Notes: generated by a model from the sequence alone, not told the origin. Positions 1-10,920 are shown, numbered from the stretch's first letter. The stretch: DNA of 64,000 nucleotides from Thecamonas trahens ATCC 50062 (GCF_000142905.1 NW_013657664.1:474445-538444); one strand, 5' to 3'. Numbers and translations are program-made.

Positions 1-127
1 GGGGGGGGGGGTTCGCGGGATGGGGGGAGGAAGGAGGGAAGGAAGGACCTTGATCAGTTTGTTGAGAGGACAGAGGGAGGAAGGGGGGGGAAGAGGAGGG
101 GGCGATGCTGCCGTTGGCAACAGCGAG

Positions 128-411
128 TTAGAGGAGGGCGCAGCCACCCTTCTTCTTGGTCTTGGGCGCCGGCTCGGAGAGGTTGATCTGGCCGACAACG
201 TCGTCGAAGATCTCGTCGATGTTGTAGCGGGTCTTGGCCGAGCACTCCATAAAGGTGCACGACCACTCCTTGGCCTTGGCGTCACCCTGCTCCTTCTCGA
301 CGATGCGGTCGTCCTCGAGATCGCACTTGTTGCCGACAAGGACCATGGGCACGGTCTCGGCGTCCTTGACGCGGAGGATCTGCTCGTGGATGTCGTTGAG
401 GTCGTTGAAGG
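128..411 (-). other. Partial duplicate of the 3' part of Rap1 exon 2 (paralog/allele fragment or assembly artefact)
   Basis: Matches 424-707 at offset 296 with 6 substitutions, all synonymous; no 5' part of the gene. Confidence 0.85.
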
Positions 412-423
412 AGGGGGGGGCGA

Positions 424-1273
424 TTAGAGGAGGGCGCAGCCGCCCTTCTTCTTGGTCTTGGGCGCCGGCTCAGAGAGGTTGATCTGGCCGACCACGTCGT
501 CGAAGATCTCGTCAATGTTGTAGCGGGTCTTGGCCGAGCACTCCATAAAGGTGCACGACCACTCCTTGGCCTTGGCGTCACCCTGCTCCTTCTCGACGAT
601 GCGGTCGTCCTCGAGATCGCACTTGTTGCCGACGAGAACCATGGGCACGGTCTCGGCGTCCTTGACGCGGAGGATCTGCTCGTGGATGTCGTTGAGGTCG
701 TTGAAGGTGGCCATGGCGGTGATGGAGTAGACGAGGATGAAGCCCTGTCCGTTCTTCATGTACAGGTCACGCATGGCGGTAAACTGCTCGGTACCGGCCG
801 TGTCGAGAATCTCGAGCAGGCACTGCTGGCCGTCGATCTCGGTCTGCTTGCGGTACGAGTCCTCGATGGTCGGGTCGTACTTGTCGACGAACTGTGTGTG
901 GAGGGGGGGGAAGGTGAGTCTGTGCGTTGCAGCAAGCCAAGGGTTTGCACGGCGACGAAAATGCGGTGGCAAAGCGGTGGTGGGCAGGTGGGGAAGAGCG
1001 GGGGCAATACGGAGGGGAGAGGGAGGGAGGGGGGGAGGGAGGGGCATGTGCAGGATGACAGGCAAGGAGTAGTAGGGCGGGTGGGGGCAGAGGAGGGGCA
1101 GGGTTGGAAGGGGCAGGGGGGAGGGTGGCTCTGTTTCAGCCCCCGTTTGGGGGGGAAGGGAGCGGGGGGGAGCTGCCTGGTTCGTAACGTACGATGTTCT
1201 GGACGAACTGAACGGTGAGGGCCGACTTGCCGACACCACCCGAGCCAAGGACCACAAGCTTGTACTCACGCAT
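424..1273 (-). CDS. RAP1: Ras-related GTPase Rap1, 182 aa; exons 1273-1193 and 891-424
   Basis: [27 protein letters not shown]|[20 protein letters not shown] (Rap-type T61), NKCD, CAAX CALL; GTACGT...CAG intron 1192-892 with GACTCAC branch. Confidence 0.96.
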
Positions 1274-1852
1274 TGTATCTATGTGTAGTGTGAGTGGGGA
1301 GTTGGAAGGAGCGACAGAAGAGCCGACTGACTGGCTGGGGAGGGGGGAGGGGGGGCAAAAGGTCGTGGAAGGTGTGGCTTGTGTTCGTATTGATCAATGA
1401 CGGCGGCCACCAAACGCGCGAATTTTGGCAGTCGAGATCGGGAATGGTTGAAAGGGCCCGGGGGGTGCCATGGAGGTTGGAAAAGGGAAGGTGTGGGGGG
1501 AGGTACAGGGAGTAGAGGAAGACACTGTGACGGTGGGGGTGGGGGAGGAGTGGGGAGAGGCTCGTTGGGGTGCGCGGGGATGGCGGTCAAGGCCTTGGCG
1601 TACAAGTGGGAGAGAACTGTGGCGGTTGCTGCGAGTGGGGGAGATGGGCCGAGCGGGGGGGGGGAGGGAAGCGTGCGCCCATTTGGGGAGGCACGGATTG
1701 CAGGTGGCGAGCGAGCCGGCTGGCGTGCTTCGGCAAGGCACGGTCGGTGACGAGAGAGAGGGGCAAGGGGGGGAAAGGATGACGAGAAGACAGGCGGCAA
1801 GAGATGGCATCCAAGTAGCGTTTAGGCGGCGATGGGGGCCAAAAGGGGGTGC

Positions 1853-2965
1853 TTAGCGGTAGCGGCGGAGCGAGAGGGTGTTGTGGCGCTTCCAGACGGC
1901 GTGCTTGGAGGGACCGTTGTGGTTGAAGCGGTGGCCCTTGTGCATGCCACGGGCCTTCTTGCCGGCGGCGGTGAGGCCACGGAGCTCGCGGTGCTTGTGG
2001 ACCGGGTTGCAGATCCAGTTGATGCGCGGGTCGTTGCGGATGACGGTGTGGTGCGGGTCGACAAGGATGACCTCGAAGTACCGGTTGGCAGCGTCCTCGT
2101 TGACCCAGTACGAGTTGAGGACGCGGAGGTTGCCACAGCGGCGGCCGGCGCGCTCCTCGGCGACCGAGCGCTTGGAGCGGCGCTGCTTGATCTTGCGCAC
2201 ACCCTGGTTGGTGGGCTTACCGGTCACGGCACCCTTGCGGACACGGCGCTTGCGGTCACCACGCTTGACGCGGACGCGGTAGACAACGTAGCCCTGCTTG
2301 GCGCGGTAGCCGAGGCGGCGGGCCTTGTCCGGGCGGGTCGGGCGGGTGAGGCGGTGGACCGACGGCAGCTGGCGGTACTCCCAGCACCGGACACGCTGCA
2401 GGAAGCGCAGGGCATCAGACTGCTTCTTCTTCCAGAGCTCTGTTGGTATGAGGAGGGGTATGGCGTGAGCGAGAGGAAAGGAGAGGAGGGGAGGGGAGGG
2501 CGGCTATGGGAGCAACGGAGGAGAGGAGGAGGGGAAGGGGAAGGGGGGAGAAAATCATCACATCCTTGGCCAGGGCAGGGTGTGGGAGGGGGAGGGGGGA
2601 GGATGGAGGAAGTTGGAGGAGGAGGGCAAGGGAGGAGAAGGAGGACATACCCTCGAGGTACTTGTACGCGCCTGTGATGGTTGGAGTAGGGAGGAAGGGA
2701 AAGCGTGAGTGTGGGTGGGAGGTGCAGAGGTGGGGAGGACAGACACAAAATGGGCGGCCATCAACAGGCTGCCCCCGACAGAAGCCAGCCGTGCCCAGCC
2801 CAGCATGAGGAGTGCCAGGATGGGGAAGAGCAAGGCAGAGGCAAGAGCAGGGAGGAGATGCAAGTATCCATGTGGCATGGTGGTAGTGGGGGAGGGACGG
2901 AGGGGGGAAGGGGGGGACCGAGGGAGGGCGGCAGTAGCAGGAGGCAGCCAGGTTGACGTACCCAT
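1853..2965 (-). CDS. RPL15: 60S ribosomal protein L15 (eL15), 203 aa; exons 2965-2962, 2671-2651, 2439-1853
   Basis: Spliced product [17 protein letters not shown]...[10 protein letters not shown]...[10 protein letters not shown]...LRRYR; GT-AG introns 2961-2672 and 2650-2440 keep the frame. Confidence 0.96.
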
Positions 2966-3143
2966 GTTTGATTAGGGTTGAGTGTGGTACCGGTTGGTCA
3001 AGTTAAATCCCCAACAGTTTCGCCTGAGGTGGTTGGGAGTTGGGGAGATGTGGCGGGTGGGGGGTGGAGTGGTAAAAATTGTACATGCGATGTGTAGGTG
3101 CTCGTAGCTTGCTATTCGTCGGTGGACGGCGGTCGGTGGCCGC

Positions 3144-3159
3144 CACTTGGCGCCAAGTG
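3144..3159. promoter_or_regulatory. 16-bp perfect palindrome CACTTGGCGCCAAGTG (E2F-like core) in the divergent RPL15/vasohibin-like promoter
   Basis: Palindrome seen directly; function inferred. Confidence 0.35.
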
Positions 3160-3180
3160 CGAGGGGCGGGCGCGAGCGTG

Positions 3181-5067
3181 ATGGAGAGCAACGACGGCAC
3201 CAGTGGGTACGGTGGGAACAGAGTGGGGCTTGCACCACGGGCAGCAAGCTTTGCAACGTTTACGGGACTCAAAGATGGGAATGGGTCGGCCAGCTTGGCA
3301 AGCGTCGAGTCGACGGCATCGTTGGGCTCAGCGCAGAGCGTTGAGGCCGCGAGCTCGAGATGGCGACAGAGACGGGCGCAGCGACGAGGCGATGACCGCG
3401 ATGGCGTGGGCGGGCGGGGTTCTGAGCGGGTGACGTCTAAGATACGGCGACGGCGGGCTAGCAAGGAGCAGAACGGGTCGTCTGCGAGTCTTGGGCGACG
3501 ATTTGCGCCGCTGGCGTCGGAACCGCCGCCGCCGCCGCCGATGCCAGCGACGGCTGGGGCGAGCGTAGTGCCGCGGCGGACGAGTCGCGGTGTGCCGACG
3601 ACGGCGATGGGCTTGCTGGCGCGGGGCGAGCTGCTGGTGAGCGACACGGATCCGGTGCATCTCAAGGTGCTGGCGTGCCAGCAGCTTGTGGCGCATCTGC
3701 GGTACGACCGGCGGGCCGAGGCGGCGCGTAAGGCGCGGCAGCGACGGACAAGCGCGGCGTCAGGCGGGGCTGAGAGCGTATACTCGGCAGGCGATGAAGG
3801 CGATGTGGGAGGGAGAGAGCGCGCGGCGTCGGTGAGCGCGGGAGCGAGCGTGGCCGAGTTTGTGGCGCAAGGGGCTGCTGTTGCGGCGGCGCCGCGGGCG
3901 ATACTCCCGCTGGACGCGGTGGCGCTCGGGCTGTACCTCACGATGCACCTTGATGCAGTGCTCCGTGTGCCGCTGTCAGTGGATGTGGTGCGGCGGCGGC
4001 GCGAGGAGGAGGCGCGGCGATTTCGGGTCCGTGCGCTTCTTGTGCAGTCGCCGTCGGGCGCATGGGGCCTCATCGGAACGTCTGCGGACGACAATGCGGT
4101 CAACATGGTGAAGCCGGTCCACTTTCCGTCGCTCTGGGACGTGGTGGCGGAGCTTGCGCTGGAGCTCGAGGCGCAGCCCGGGGAGCCGCTGGTTGTCGAG
4201 TCACTCGGCTTTGGGGCGCCAGTCCATCACCTTGCGCGGGAGGCGAGCGCGGTCAAGTGGCGTAAGGCCGTTGTCGACGTCTCGCAGCTCGGATGGCGGT
4301 CTGCAGCGCTGGCAGTGGACAAGTACGAGGCCAAGCTGCGACTGGTGGCACTGACGGTCAAGACGGAGAACGACGTGCGGGCGCGGATGGACGAGCGGGC
4401 GCGGGCGGCGGTGCTCAACATGTGGGCGAATCCGGAGCGGGCGCGGGAGATGGACAACTACGTGTGGGCGCCGCGCGGGCGCCCTGCCTTTTGCACGCAG
4501 GTGGGCCACGGCCTGCGGCGGTCGCAGGCGCAGGCGATTCAGCGGCACGAGCGGGTCCACGAGGCGGTCAAGCCGTCACTCGGCCTTGTCGGCGAGTCGG
4601 CCGAGGTGCAGGAGGCGTATGCGTGGAGCCGCGAGCAGATCCGCGACCTGGGCCGGCTGTTTGTGCGCGAGCCGCAGGTCGATGCTGCGGTGGCGGCGGC
4701 AGCGGCCGGCCTGCCGAACGAAAAGGCCGTTGTCAAGCGGTTGACGACCGAGGCGAGTCGCAAAGCGATGAAGGTGACGGCTGCGGCGCTGCGGACTGAG
4801 CGCATGTCGCAGGCTGAGCACGAGCTGATGCGGCTCAAGGCCGAGCTGCCGCTTGAGAGCGAGCGGCGAGCAGAGCACAACGTGCTTGTGGCCGAGACTT
4901 CGTCTGCCCTGGCCAAATTTGGCAACAGCGTGCCTGGCCAACCGAACGAGTACGACATGGACGTGGCGCGGGCGTTTGACGCGGCTTCGTTGCGGTACGA
5001 GCCGCACGAGCTGCTCTCGGCGGTGCGGCTGACCGAGTTTGCGGCGGTTCATTCGCAGAGCTCGTGA
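3181..5067 (+). CDS. Vasohibin-like protein, catalytic residues apparently lost
   Basis: ILPLDAVALGLYLT ~ VASH IKCLEAVILGIYLT; WGLIGTS ~ YGALGMS; KPVHFPSLWDVV ~ KPPAFRTLSELV; start codon uncertain. Confidence 0.7.
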   Translation: MESNDGTSGYGGNRVGLAPRAASFATFTGLKDGNGSASLASVESTASLGSAQSVEAASSRWRQRRAQRRGDDRDGVGGRGSERVTSKIRRRRASKEQNGSSASLGRRFAPLASEPPPPPPMPATAGASVVPRRTSRGVPTTAMGLLARGELLVSDTDPVHLKVLACQQLVAHLRYDRRAEAARKARQRRTSAASGGAESVYSAGDEGDVGGRERAASVSAGASVAEFVAQGAAVAAAPRAILPLDAVALGLYLTMHLDAVLRVPLSVDVVRRRREEEARRFRVRALLVQSPSGAWGLIGTSADDNAVNMVKPVHFPSLWDVVAELALELEAQPGEPLVVESLGFGAPVHHLAREASAVKWRKAVVDVSQLGWRSAALAVDKYEAKLRLVALTVKTENDVRARMDERARAAVLNMWANPERAREMDNYVWAPRGRPAFCTQVGHGLRRSQAQAIQRHERVHEAVKPSLGLVGESAEVQEAYAWSREQIRDLGRLFVREPQVDAAVAAAAAGLPNEKAVVKRLTTEASRKAMKVTAAALRTERMSQAEHELMRLKAELPLESERRAEHNVLVAETSSALAKFGNSVPGQPNEYDMDVARAFDAASLRYEPHELLSAVRLTEFAAVHSQSS

Positions 5068-5087
5068 GAGAGAGAAAGAGCCGGTAG

Positions 5088-6905
5088 CTACATCCAGGTG
5101 TCCTCGAGGAGGCGGCGCGACTTGACGAGCGACTTGAGCCAGGCCTCGGCGTCAGGCCGGGCAAGGCCGCCGGCCGAAGTGGCGACGTCCACGAGCGCAT
5201 CCTTGACCGCTCCCGGCATTTTCTTGGCCGAGCCGCAGATGTAGACAACGCCGGCGGCGGAGGAGAGCAGGTGCCAGAGAGCAGCCGCGGGCTCGGGCTC
5301 GCGCATCCGATCCTGAACGTACGCCTTGGGCACGCCAGAGACCGGGCGCGACCAGGCGTAGAAGACGGTGATGTAGCCAGCAGCTTCCCAGGCGGCAAGC
5401 TGGGCGCTGTACAGGTTGTCGGCAGCCGGGTCGCGGTTACCAAAGAAGAGCATGTCTGGAAGGTCCGGGGTTGTGCCAGCCGCGGCATGCGCATCGGCGC
5501 GGGCGGCGAGGAAAGCCATAAACGGCGCGATGCCGGTCCCGGGCCCGACGAGGACCATTGGCAGTTGGGGCGGTGGGAGAGAGATGGCGCCGCGCGAGAC
5601 AAAGACCGGGAGCCGTGCGCCCTGCTCAGCTTGAGCGAGGCAGGCCGAGGCCAGGCCGTGACGCGGAGTCTTGATCTTGGTAGTGTACGAGACGACGGCG
5701 AGGGTGATGCTCGCGGTTGTGGCCGGGCTCGCATCCGGCGGCGACGAGATCGAGTAGGCGCGGGGCTGGATGAGCGGCAGCATGTCCAATAGGTAGTGGA
5801 GTGGCGGGCGGAGCGACGGAAAGTCAGTAAAGACCTCGACCGGCCAGCGGGCGTCGCGATAGTTGTAATCGTAGAGCTCGTCTTGACCGCCGGGCGAGGC
5901 AAACTCGGTGAGGCGCTCGACCTCGCGATCATCGGAGGCAAGCCAGGGGGCGAGCTCAAAAAAGTACCGCCGCGGCGAGGCTGTGATGTCAATGACGTGG
6001 GTGAAGAGGTCTCTCAGCGAGACGACGAGGCCGGCGAGCGGAGTGGAGGCCGGAGGCGCATCGGGTGCGGCTTCGATCGAGACGACGGCGTCGAGGTCAA
6101 GGTTGAGAAGCTCGGCAAAAGCATCGACCATGGCAGGCGTGTTCGACGGAAGAATGTTGATGACGTCGCCTGGGACGTAGGCCGCTGGTGGGTCGAGAGC
6201 AAGCTCGATGTGGCGCACGTCCTGCCAGTGGTCGAGAGCGGTGAGGCGGGCATTGGAGACTACCTTGGCGGAGCCGAGATCCGCGATGCGAAGTGCGGCT
6301 CCGCGGACAGCATCGCGCTCGGTGGGCGATGCGCACGGCGCGTCGCGGGGGAGAAGCTCGAGCTGGTAGCGGGGTGGCGGGCAGCCGAGCTCCTGGCGGG
6401 TGAGGACAGTGTGACCGGGCGGTAGCGGGTGGCGGAGGAGAAGATGCTCCCAAAGTAGGTCGAGCCAAGGATGCAAGGCACCATCAAGTCCGTGCGGGTG
6501 CTGATCATCGCCCTCGCCGCGCGGGATGACCGGGTAGGCGCCGAGCTGGCTCAGGCGCTTGAAGAGCTTGCGGCCGGCAGCGTTGTAGAGGCGATAGCCC
6601 GAGTCGCCGAGGGCAAAGACAGCAAACGAGTGACCAGCAAGCGCATTCCGAGGAAGTGACTTGCGAAGCAGTAGGCGCCAGAGCGGTCGGATGCGCGTCG
6701 GCATCTCCCCCTGGCCCGTGGTAGCCACCACCCATACCGTCACCCTCGAGTCGGTGGCCAGGCTCGCCGGCTCGACGCCAGCCACGTCCTCCACACTCGC
6801 CGTGAGGGCATAGCGGCCAGCTTCACGGCCAATGAACTCGCCCACATCCCGAGCAGTCCCTGTCTCTGTCACATAGATGATGCGAATGGCTCGCTCACTC
6901 GCCAT
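5088..6905 (-). CDS. NDOR1: NADPH-dependent diflavin oxidoreductase 1 (Tah18/NDOR1)
   Basis: Flavodoxin YVTETGTA, ATTGQG, FALGDSGY; HWQDVRHI; PRAYSISS; MVLVGPGTGIAPF; YICGSAKKMP; C-terminal EDTW. Confidence 0.9.
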   Translation of the reverse strand: MASERAIRIIYVTETGTARDVGEFIGREAGRYALTASVEDVAGVEPASLATDSRVTVWVVATTGQGEMPTRIRPLWRLLLRKSLPRNALAGHSFAVFALGDSGYRLYNAAGRKLFKRLSQLGAYPVIPRGEGDDQHPHGLDGALHPWLDLLWEHLLLRHPLPPGHTVLTRQELGCPPPRYQLELLPRDAPCASPTERDAVRGAALRIADLGSAKVVSNARLTALDHWQDVRHIELALDPPAAYVPGDVINILPSNTPAMVDAFAELLNLDLDAVVSIEAAPDAPPASTPLAGLVVSLRDLFTHVIDITASPRRYFFELAPWLASDDREVERLTEFASPGGQDELYDYNYRDARWPVEVFTDFPSLRPPLHYLLDMLPLIQPRAYSISSPPDASPATTASITLAVVSYTTKIKTPRHGLASACLAQAEQGARLPVFVSRGAISLPPPQLPMVLVGPGTGIAPFMAFLAARADAHAAAGTTPDLPDMLFFGNRDPAADNLYSAQLAAWEAAGYITVFYAWSRPVSGVPKAYVQDRMREPEPAAALWHLLSSAAGVVYICGSAKKMPGAVKDALVDVATSAGGLARPDAEAWLKSLVKSRRLLEDTWM

Positions 6906-7336
6906 CGGTCTTTCCGTCTCTGCGCCGTTACCGTCTGCTTGAGTTGAGTCTGTGTGCCACACGATCCGCTTGATCGGGTAAGGTTGGGCCCATTTGCGCG
7001 GAGAGGCGGATGATCGGGTCATGTTGGCTATGTCATGCCGATGGGGCCGAGGCCAGTGGGGTTTGTGGAGAGGGACGGGGCTGGGGGGGGGGGGGGGGGG
7101 GGGTGGGGTGGGGGGATGATGGCTGATGGCGGGCTTTTGGGCCTTTATTACTCTGTGTGCGGTGATGTGGTTTGATCGGTGCCTTTGTGATCGTGGTGCT
7201 TGTGTGCCTGTATATGTGTGTGTGGGGCGTTGGGCTTGCTACAGAGATCATCTTTGCACCATGCGTGAATTGGACTGCTATCAGTGTGGTGATGTGGGTT
7301 TGATCGGTGTGATGAGGGGCATTTCCCTGGGATCGT

Positions 7337-7377
7337 GGTGTGTGTGTGTGTGCTTGTGTGTGTGCTTGTGTGTGTGC

Positions 7378-7437
<60 letters not shown>

Positions 7438-7465
7438 ATGCATGTGTGTGTGCGTATGCATGTGC
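7337..7465. repeat. (TG)n microsatellite
   Basis: Long, slightly interrupted TG run. Confidence 0.95.
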
Positions 7466-7526
7466 GCGACCTGGCGACCGTCGTTTGCTGACGAATGCGG
7501 CAGCTACTCAGTCGGCGACTTGGGAG

Positions 7527-8773
7527 ATGAGCAGTCAGACCGAGCAACAGGAGGAGGTTGAGCATCTGACTCTGGTACTTGTTGCGTGGATTAGCGAGTG
7601 TTGGTCATGTCTGCAGACGAGGATGTTGCTGTTCGCGTATGTTGGGCCAGTGGGTGAGCACGGTGGGGGTAGTGGTGGTATGCAGAGCCCCATGTTGGTC
7701 GCTGGGTTTGGTGGAGGTGGTTGTCAAGTGGTCTCATCATGGTGGGCGTGGAAACGATGGATGTGGGCGGTGGGCGTACGATTGGACTGTGCGGTGGCGG
7801 GTGATGGTGGGCATACGATTGGACTGTGCCGTGGCGGGTGATGGTGGGCGTACGATTGGACTGTGCGGTGGCGGGTGATGGTGGGCGTACGATTGGACTG
7901 TGCGGTGGCGGGTGATGGTGGGCATACGATTGGACTGTGCGGTGGCGGGTGATGGTGGGGTGGCGGGTGATGGTGGGCGTACGATTGGACTGTGCGGTGG
8001 CGGACACGGCTACCGCTGCAATCGTACAGTACGAGTTTGCGGTCCAGATGACGTGTGGTGCATGTGTCCAAGCTGTGACAAAGGCGCTGGAGAAGGTGGA
8101 CGGCATCCAGGAGTCCGAGATCGATCTTGAGGGCCAGGGTGTGACCGTTGTGGCCACTGCTCGCCTGCTCGACCTCCTTGCCGCGCTCGAGTCAACCGGT
8201 ATGAAGACTGTGGTGCTGGGCATGGGCGGGACCAAGGGCAATCTCGGCGCCGCGGTCGCCATTCTCAAGTCAGACGACCCGAACGTTCACGGCGTGGTCC
8301 GGTTTATTCAGCTCGCTGAGAAGGCATGCCTCATCGATGCCACCGTGGCTGGCCTCACCCCGGGCAAGCACGGCTTCCACATCCACGAGTTTGGCGACTG
8401 GTCCAACGGCTGCATCAACACCGGCGGGCACTACAACCCGGGCGGGAACGACCACGGCGGGCCCGATGATGACAACCGCCACGCAGGTGACCTCGGAAAC
8501 ATTGAAGCCGGCGCCGATGGCGTCGCCGTCTTCCGCACCGTTGACAGAGTCCTCAATGTGTGGGACATCATCGGCCGTGGTATCGTGGTCCACGCCGGCG
8601 AGGACGACCTCGGCCGCGGCGGCGTGCCCGAGTCCAAGACCACTGGCAACGCCGGCGGCCGCGTCGCGTGCGGCACCATCGCTCGCTCTGCCGGCGTATT
8701 CGAGAACACAAAGCGCATCTGCAAGTGCAACGGGACCACCATCTGGGAGGAGGATGACCTGCGCTTTGCCTGA
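7527..8773 (+). CDS. CCS: Copper chaperone for superoxide dismutase; exons 7527-7574 and 8030-8773
   Basis: HMA domain EFAVQMTCGAC, central Cu/Zn-SOD domain, C-terminal CKC motif; GTACTT...CAG intron in phase 0. Confidence 0.92.
7769..8003. repeat. 37-bp tandem minisatellite (~6 copies) inside the CCS intron
   Basis: Unit GGTGGGCRTACGATTGGACTGTGCSGTGGCGGGTGAT at 7769, 7806, 7843, 7880, 7917, a partial copy, then ~7972. Confidence 0.95.
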
Positions 8774-8830
8774 CCATGCACGAGCCGATGTGCTGCTGTG
8801 TCTGTTTGTTTGCAGAGGCGTAAAGAACGG

Positions 8831-10179
8831 CTACTCGTATCCTGGGTTCGGCGCCGTGAACACGTAGCCTGCGGCAGACGGCTTGTCGCCGACCTCCTGC
8901 CCAGCCGCCACCACATACACCGTCTCCTGCACAACATCGATGTCAACCCAGCCAAAGGCAACCGGGAGCTGCGACGTCGCTTGCAGCGGGCTCGTCACAT
9001 TGATGGCGTCAAAGACAACCAGCGAAGAATCGCTCGTCCCGGAGCCTGGCGCCACGCCCGTCGCCAGCACCGCCCAATTGAGTTCAAACGCAACGCGCGG
9101 CTCCGCAGCGGACGTCGAGTCGGCGCTCGGTGCCTGTGCCCACGTCAGGAACTGCTTGCCTGACAGCATCGAGTAGACGTCAAAGTGCAGCGCAATAACG
9201 TCACCGCTGGACGCGGTCCCACTCCATGCAAGGCCAATGAGGCAGCCGTCCGGTCCGGCCACGCTCCAGGCAGCCATCGCACCGCCGTTGACCGACATCG
9301 CCGCGTCGGCCAGCGACCACGTCACGCCTGCCGTGGCCGGCGCGCTCCACTGCTGCACCACCGCGTAGCTGGTGCCGTTCCACTTGCGCAGCACGGCGGT
9401 CGCATCACCGCTGATGAGAAAGATGCCCATCGGGCAAAGCCGCGCAAAGTTGGAGCCATCGGTAGTGAGAATCGGCGGGACAACAAGCGTCCCGTTGCGG
9501 GCGACGATCCGGATGGCGGTCGGCGTGGCCACCGAGCACCGCGCGCCGTCGCGTGAGCACGACACCGAGTTGATCTCGCCTGCGCCCGGGTAGCTGCTAC
9601 TCCACAGCACCTTTCCGGTTTGCCCTCCCAGTGCCACTGCCGTTGGCGTTCCGTCGGCCGACCAGTAAGCCGCCACCACCGTCGAGCCGTCGTCCGAGAA
9701 CGCCAACAGCGGATCCGCCGCATCGCCGAGCACACATCCCTTGATCTCGTACTTCCACATCGGCTTGTCGCCCTGTCCAAAGCCGCGGAAGGTACAAGTC
9801 TTGGCCCCGCCATCACGCAATCCCTCGATCGTCACCGTCACCACCTTGCCCACCGGCGCCGCGTCATATCGCGCAGCCATGGCAAGCATCAGCGTGGGCG
9901 TGCCTGACTCGAGCCATGTCGACTCGTGAGCCCAATTAATCGATCCCGAAGTAGGAGTCATCTCGTACTCCACATTGATCAAAAGTCGCTCTGCCGGACC
10001 TAGACCGGAAAAACCCACCCATGGCCCTTCCCGCTCGCAGCACGCGAGGTCAGCGTCGCGCCCGTCACCGTGTCGCCCGCCTCCACGAGAGCCACCACAG
10101 GTGTCATTGCTGCATGGGCCACACCGGTGAGGTAAGCACATGCAAGGAGAGCAAGCAGCATACAAGTAGAAGGATACAT
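8831..10179 (-). CDS. Secreted beta-rich (possibly beta-propeller) protein; frame break at ~10011
   Basis: Signal peptide MYPSTCMLLALLACAYLTGVAHA joins ORF 8831-10261 by a -1 shift at a T5 run; FSDDGSTVV, TGKVLWS, CSRDGAR propeller-like motifs. Confidence 0.6.
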
Positions 10180-10241
10180 GGTGCAGGTGGTGGGAGGGGT
10201 GTGGAGTGGTGGGCCATGGTGGGTGTGGGCTGCGGCCGCCT

Positions 10242-10920
10242 CTACCTGCATCCATCTGCACTAGCTGCTGATCATGTCATCGCCCGCATCGGTTGCTGGT
10301 ACTTGGGATCGGCTGCTGTCGCTTGCAGCACCATGCGCCTGCTACCGTTGCCCGCATCGGCCGCCTTCTACCTGCATCCATCCGCACCAGCTGCTGATCA
10401 TGTCATCGCCCGCATCGGTTGCTGGTACTTGGGATCGGCTGCTGTCGCTTGCAGCACCATGCGCCTGCTACCGTTGCCCGCATCGGCCGCCTTCTACCTG
10501 CATCCATCCGCACCAGCTGCTGATCATGTCATCGCCCGCATCGGTTGCTGGTACTTGGGATCGGCTGCTGTCGCTTGCAGCACCATGCGCCTGCTACCGT
10601 TGCCCGCATCGGCCGCCTTCTACCTGCATCCATCCGCACCAGCTGCTGATCATGTCATCGCCCGCATCGGTTGCTGGTACTTTGGATCGGCTGCTGTCGC
10701 TTGCAGCACCATGCGCCTGCTACCGTTGCCCGCATCGGCCGCCTTCTACCTGCATCCATCCGCACCAGCTGCTGATCATGTCATCGCCCGCATCGGTTGC
10801 TGGTACTTGGGATCGGCTGCTGTCGCTTGCAGCACCATGCGCCTGCTACCGTTGCCCGCATCGGCCGCCTTCTACCTGCATCCATCTGCATCAGTTGCAG
10901 ATCATGCCATCACCCGCGTC
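10242..10920. repeat. 126-bp tandem repeat, 5 near-identical copies plus a diverged partial
   Basis: Units start at 10242, 10368, 10494, 10620, 10746, 10872. Confidence 0.97.

Noticed and set aside
7033-7491. His/Thr- and Cys/Val-rich ORFs
   Set aside because: Translations of a TG microsatellite
7769-8003. CRISPR-like 37-bp repeats
   Set aside because: Head-to-tail with no unique spacers, inside a spliceosomal intron, no cas genes
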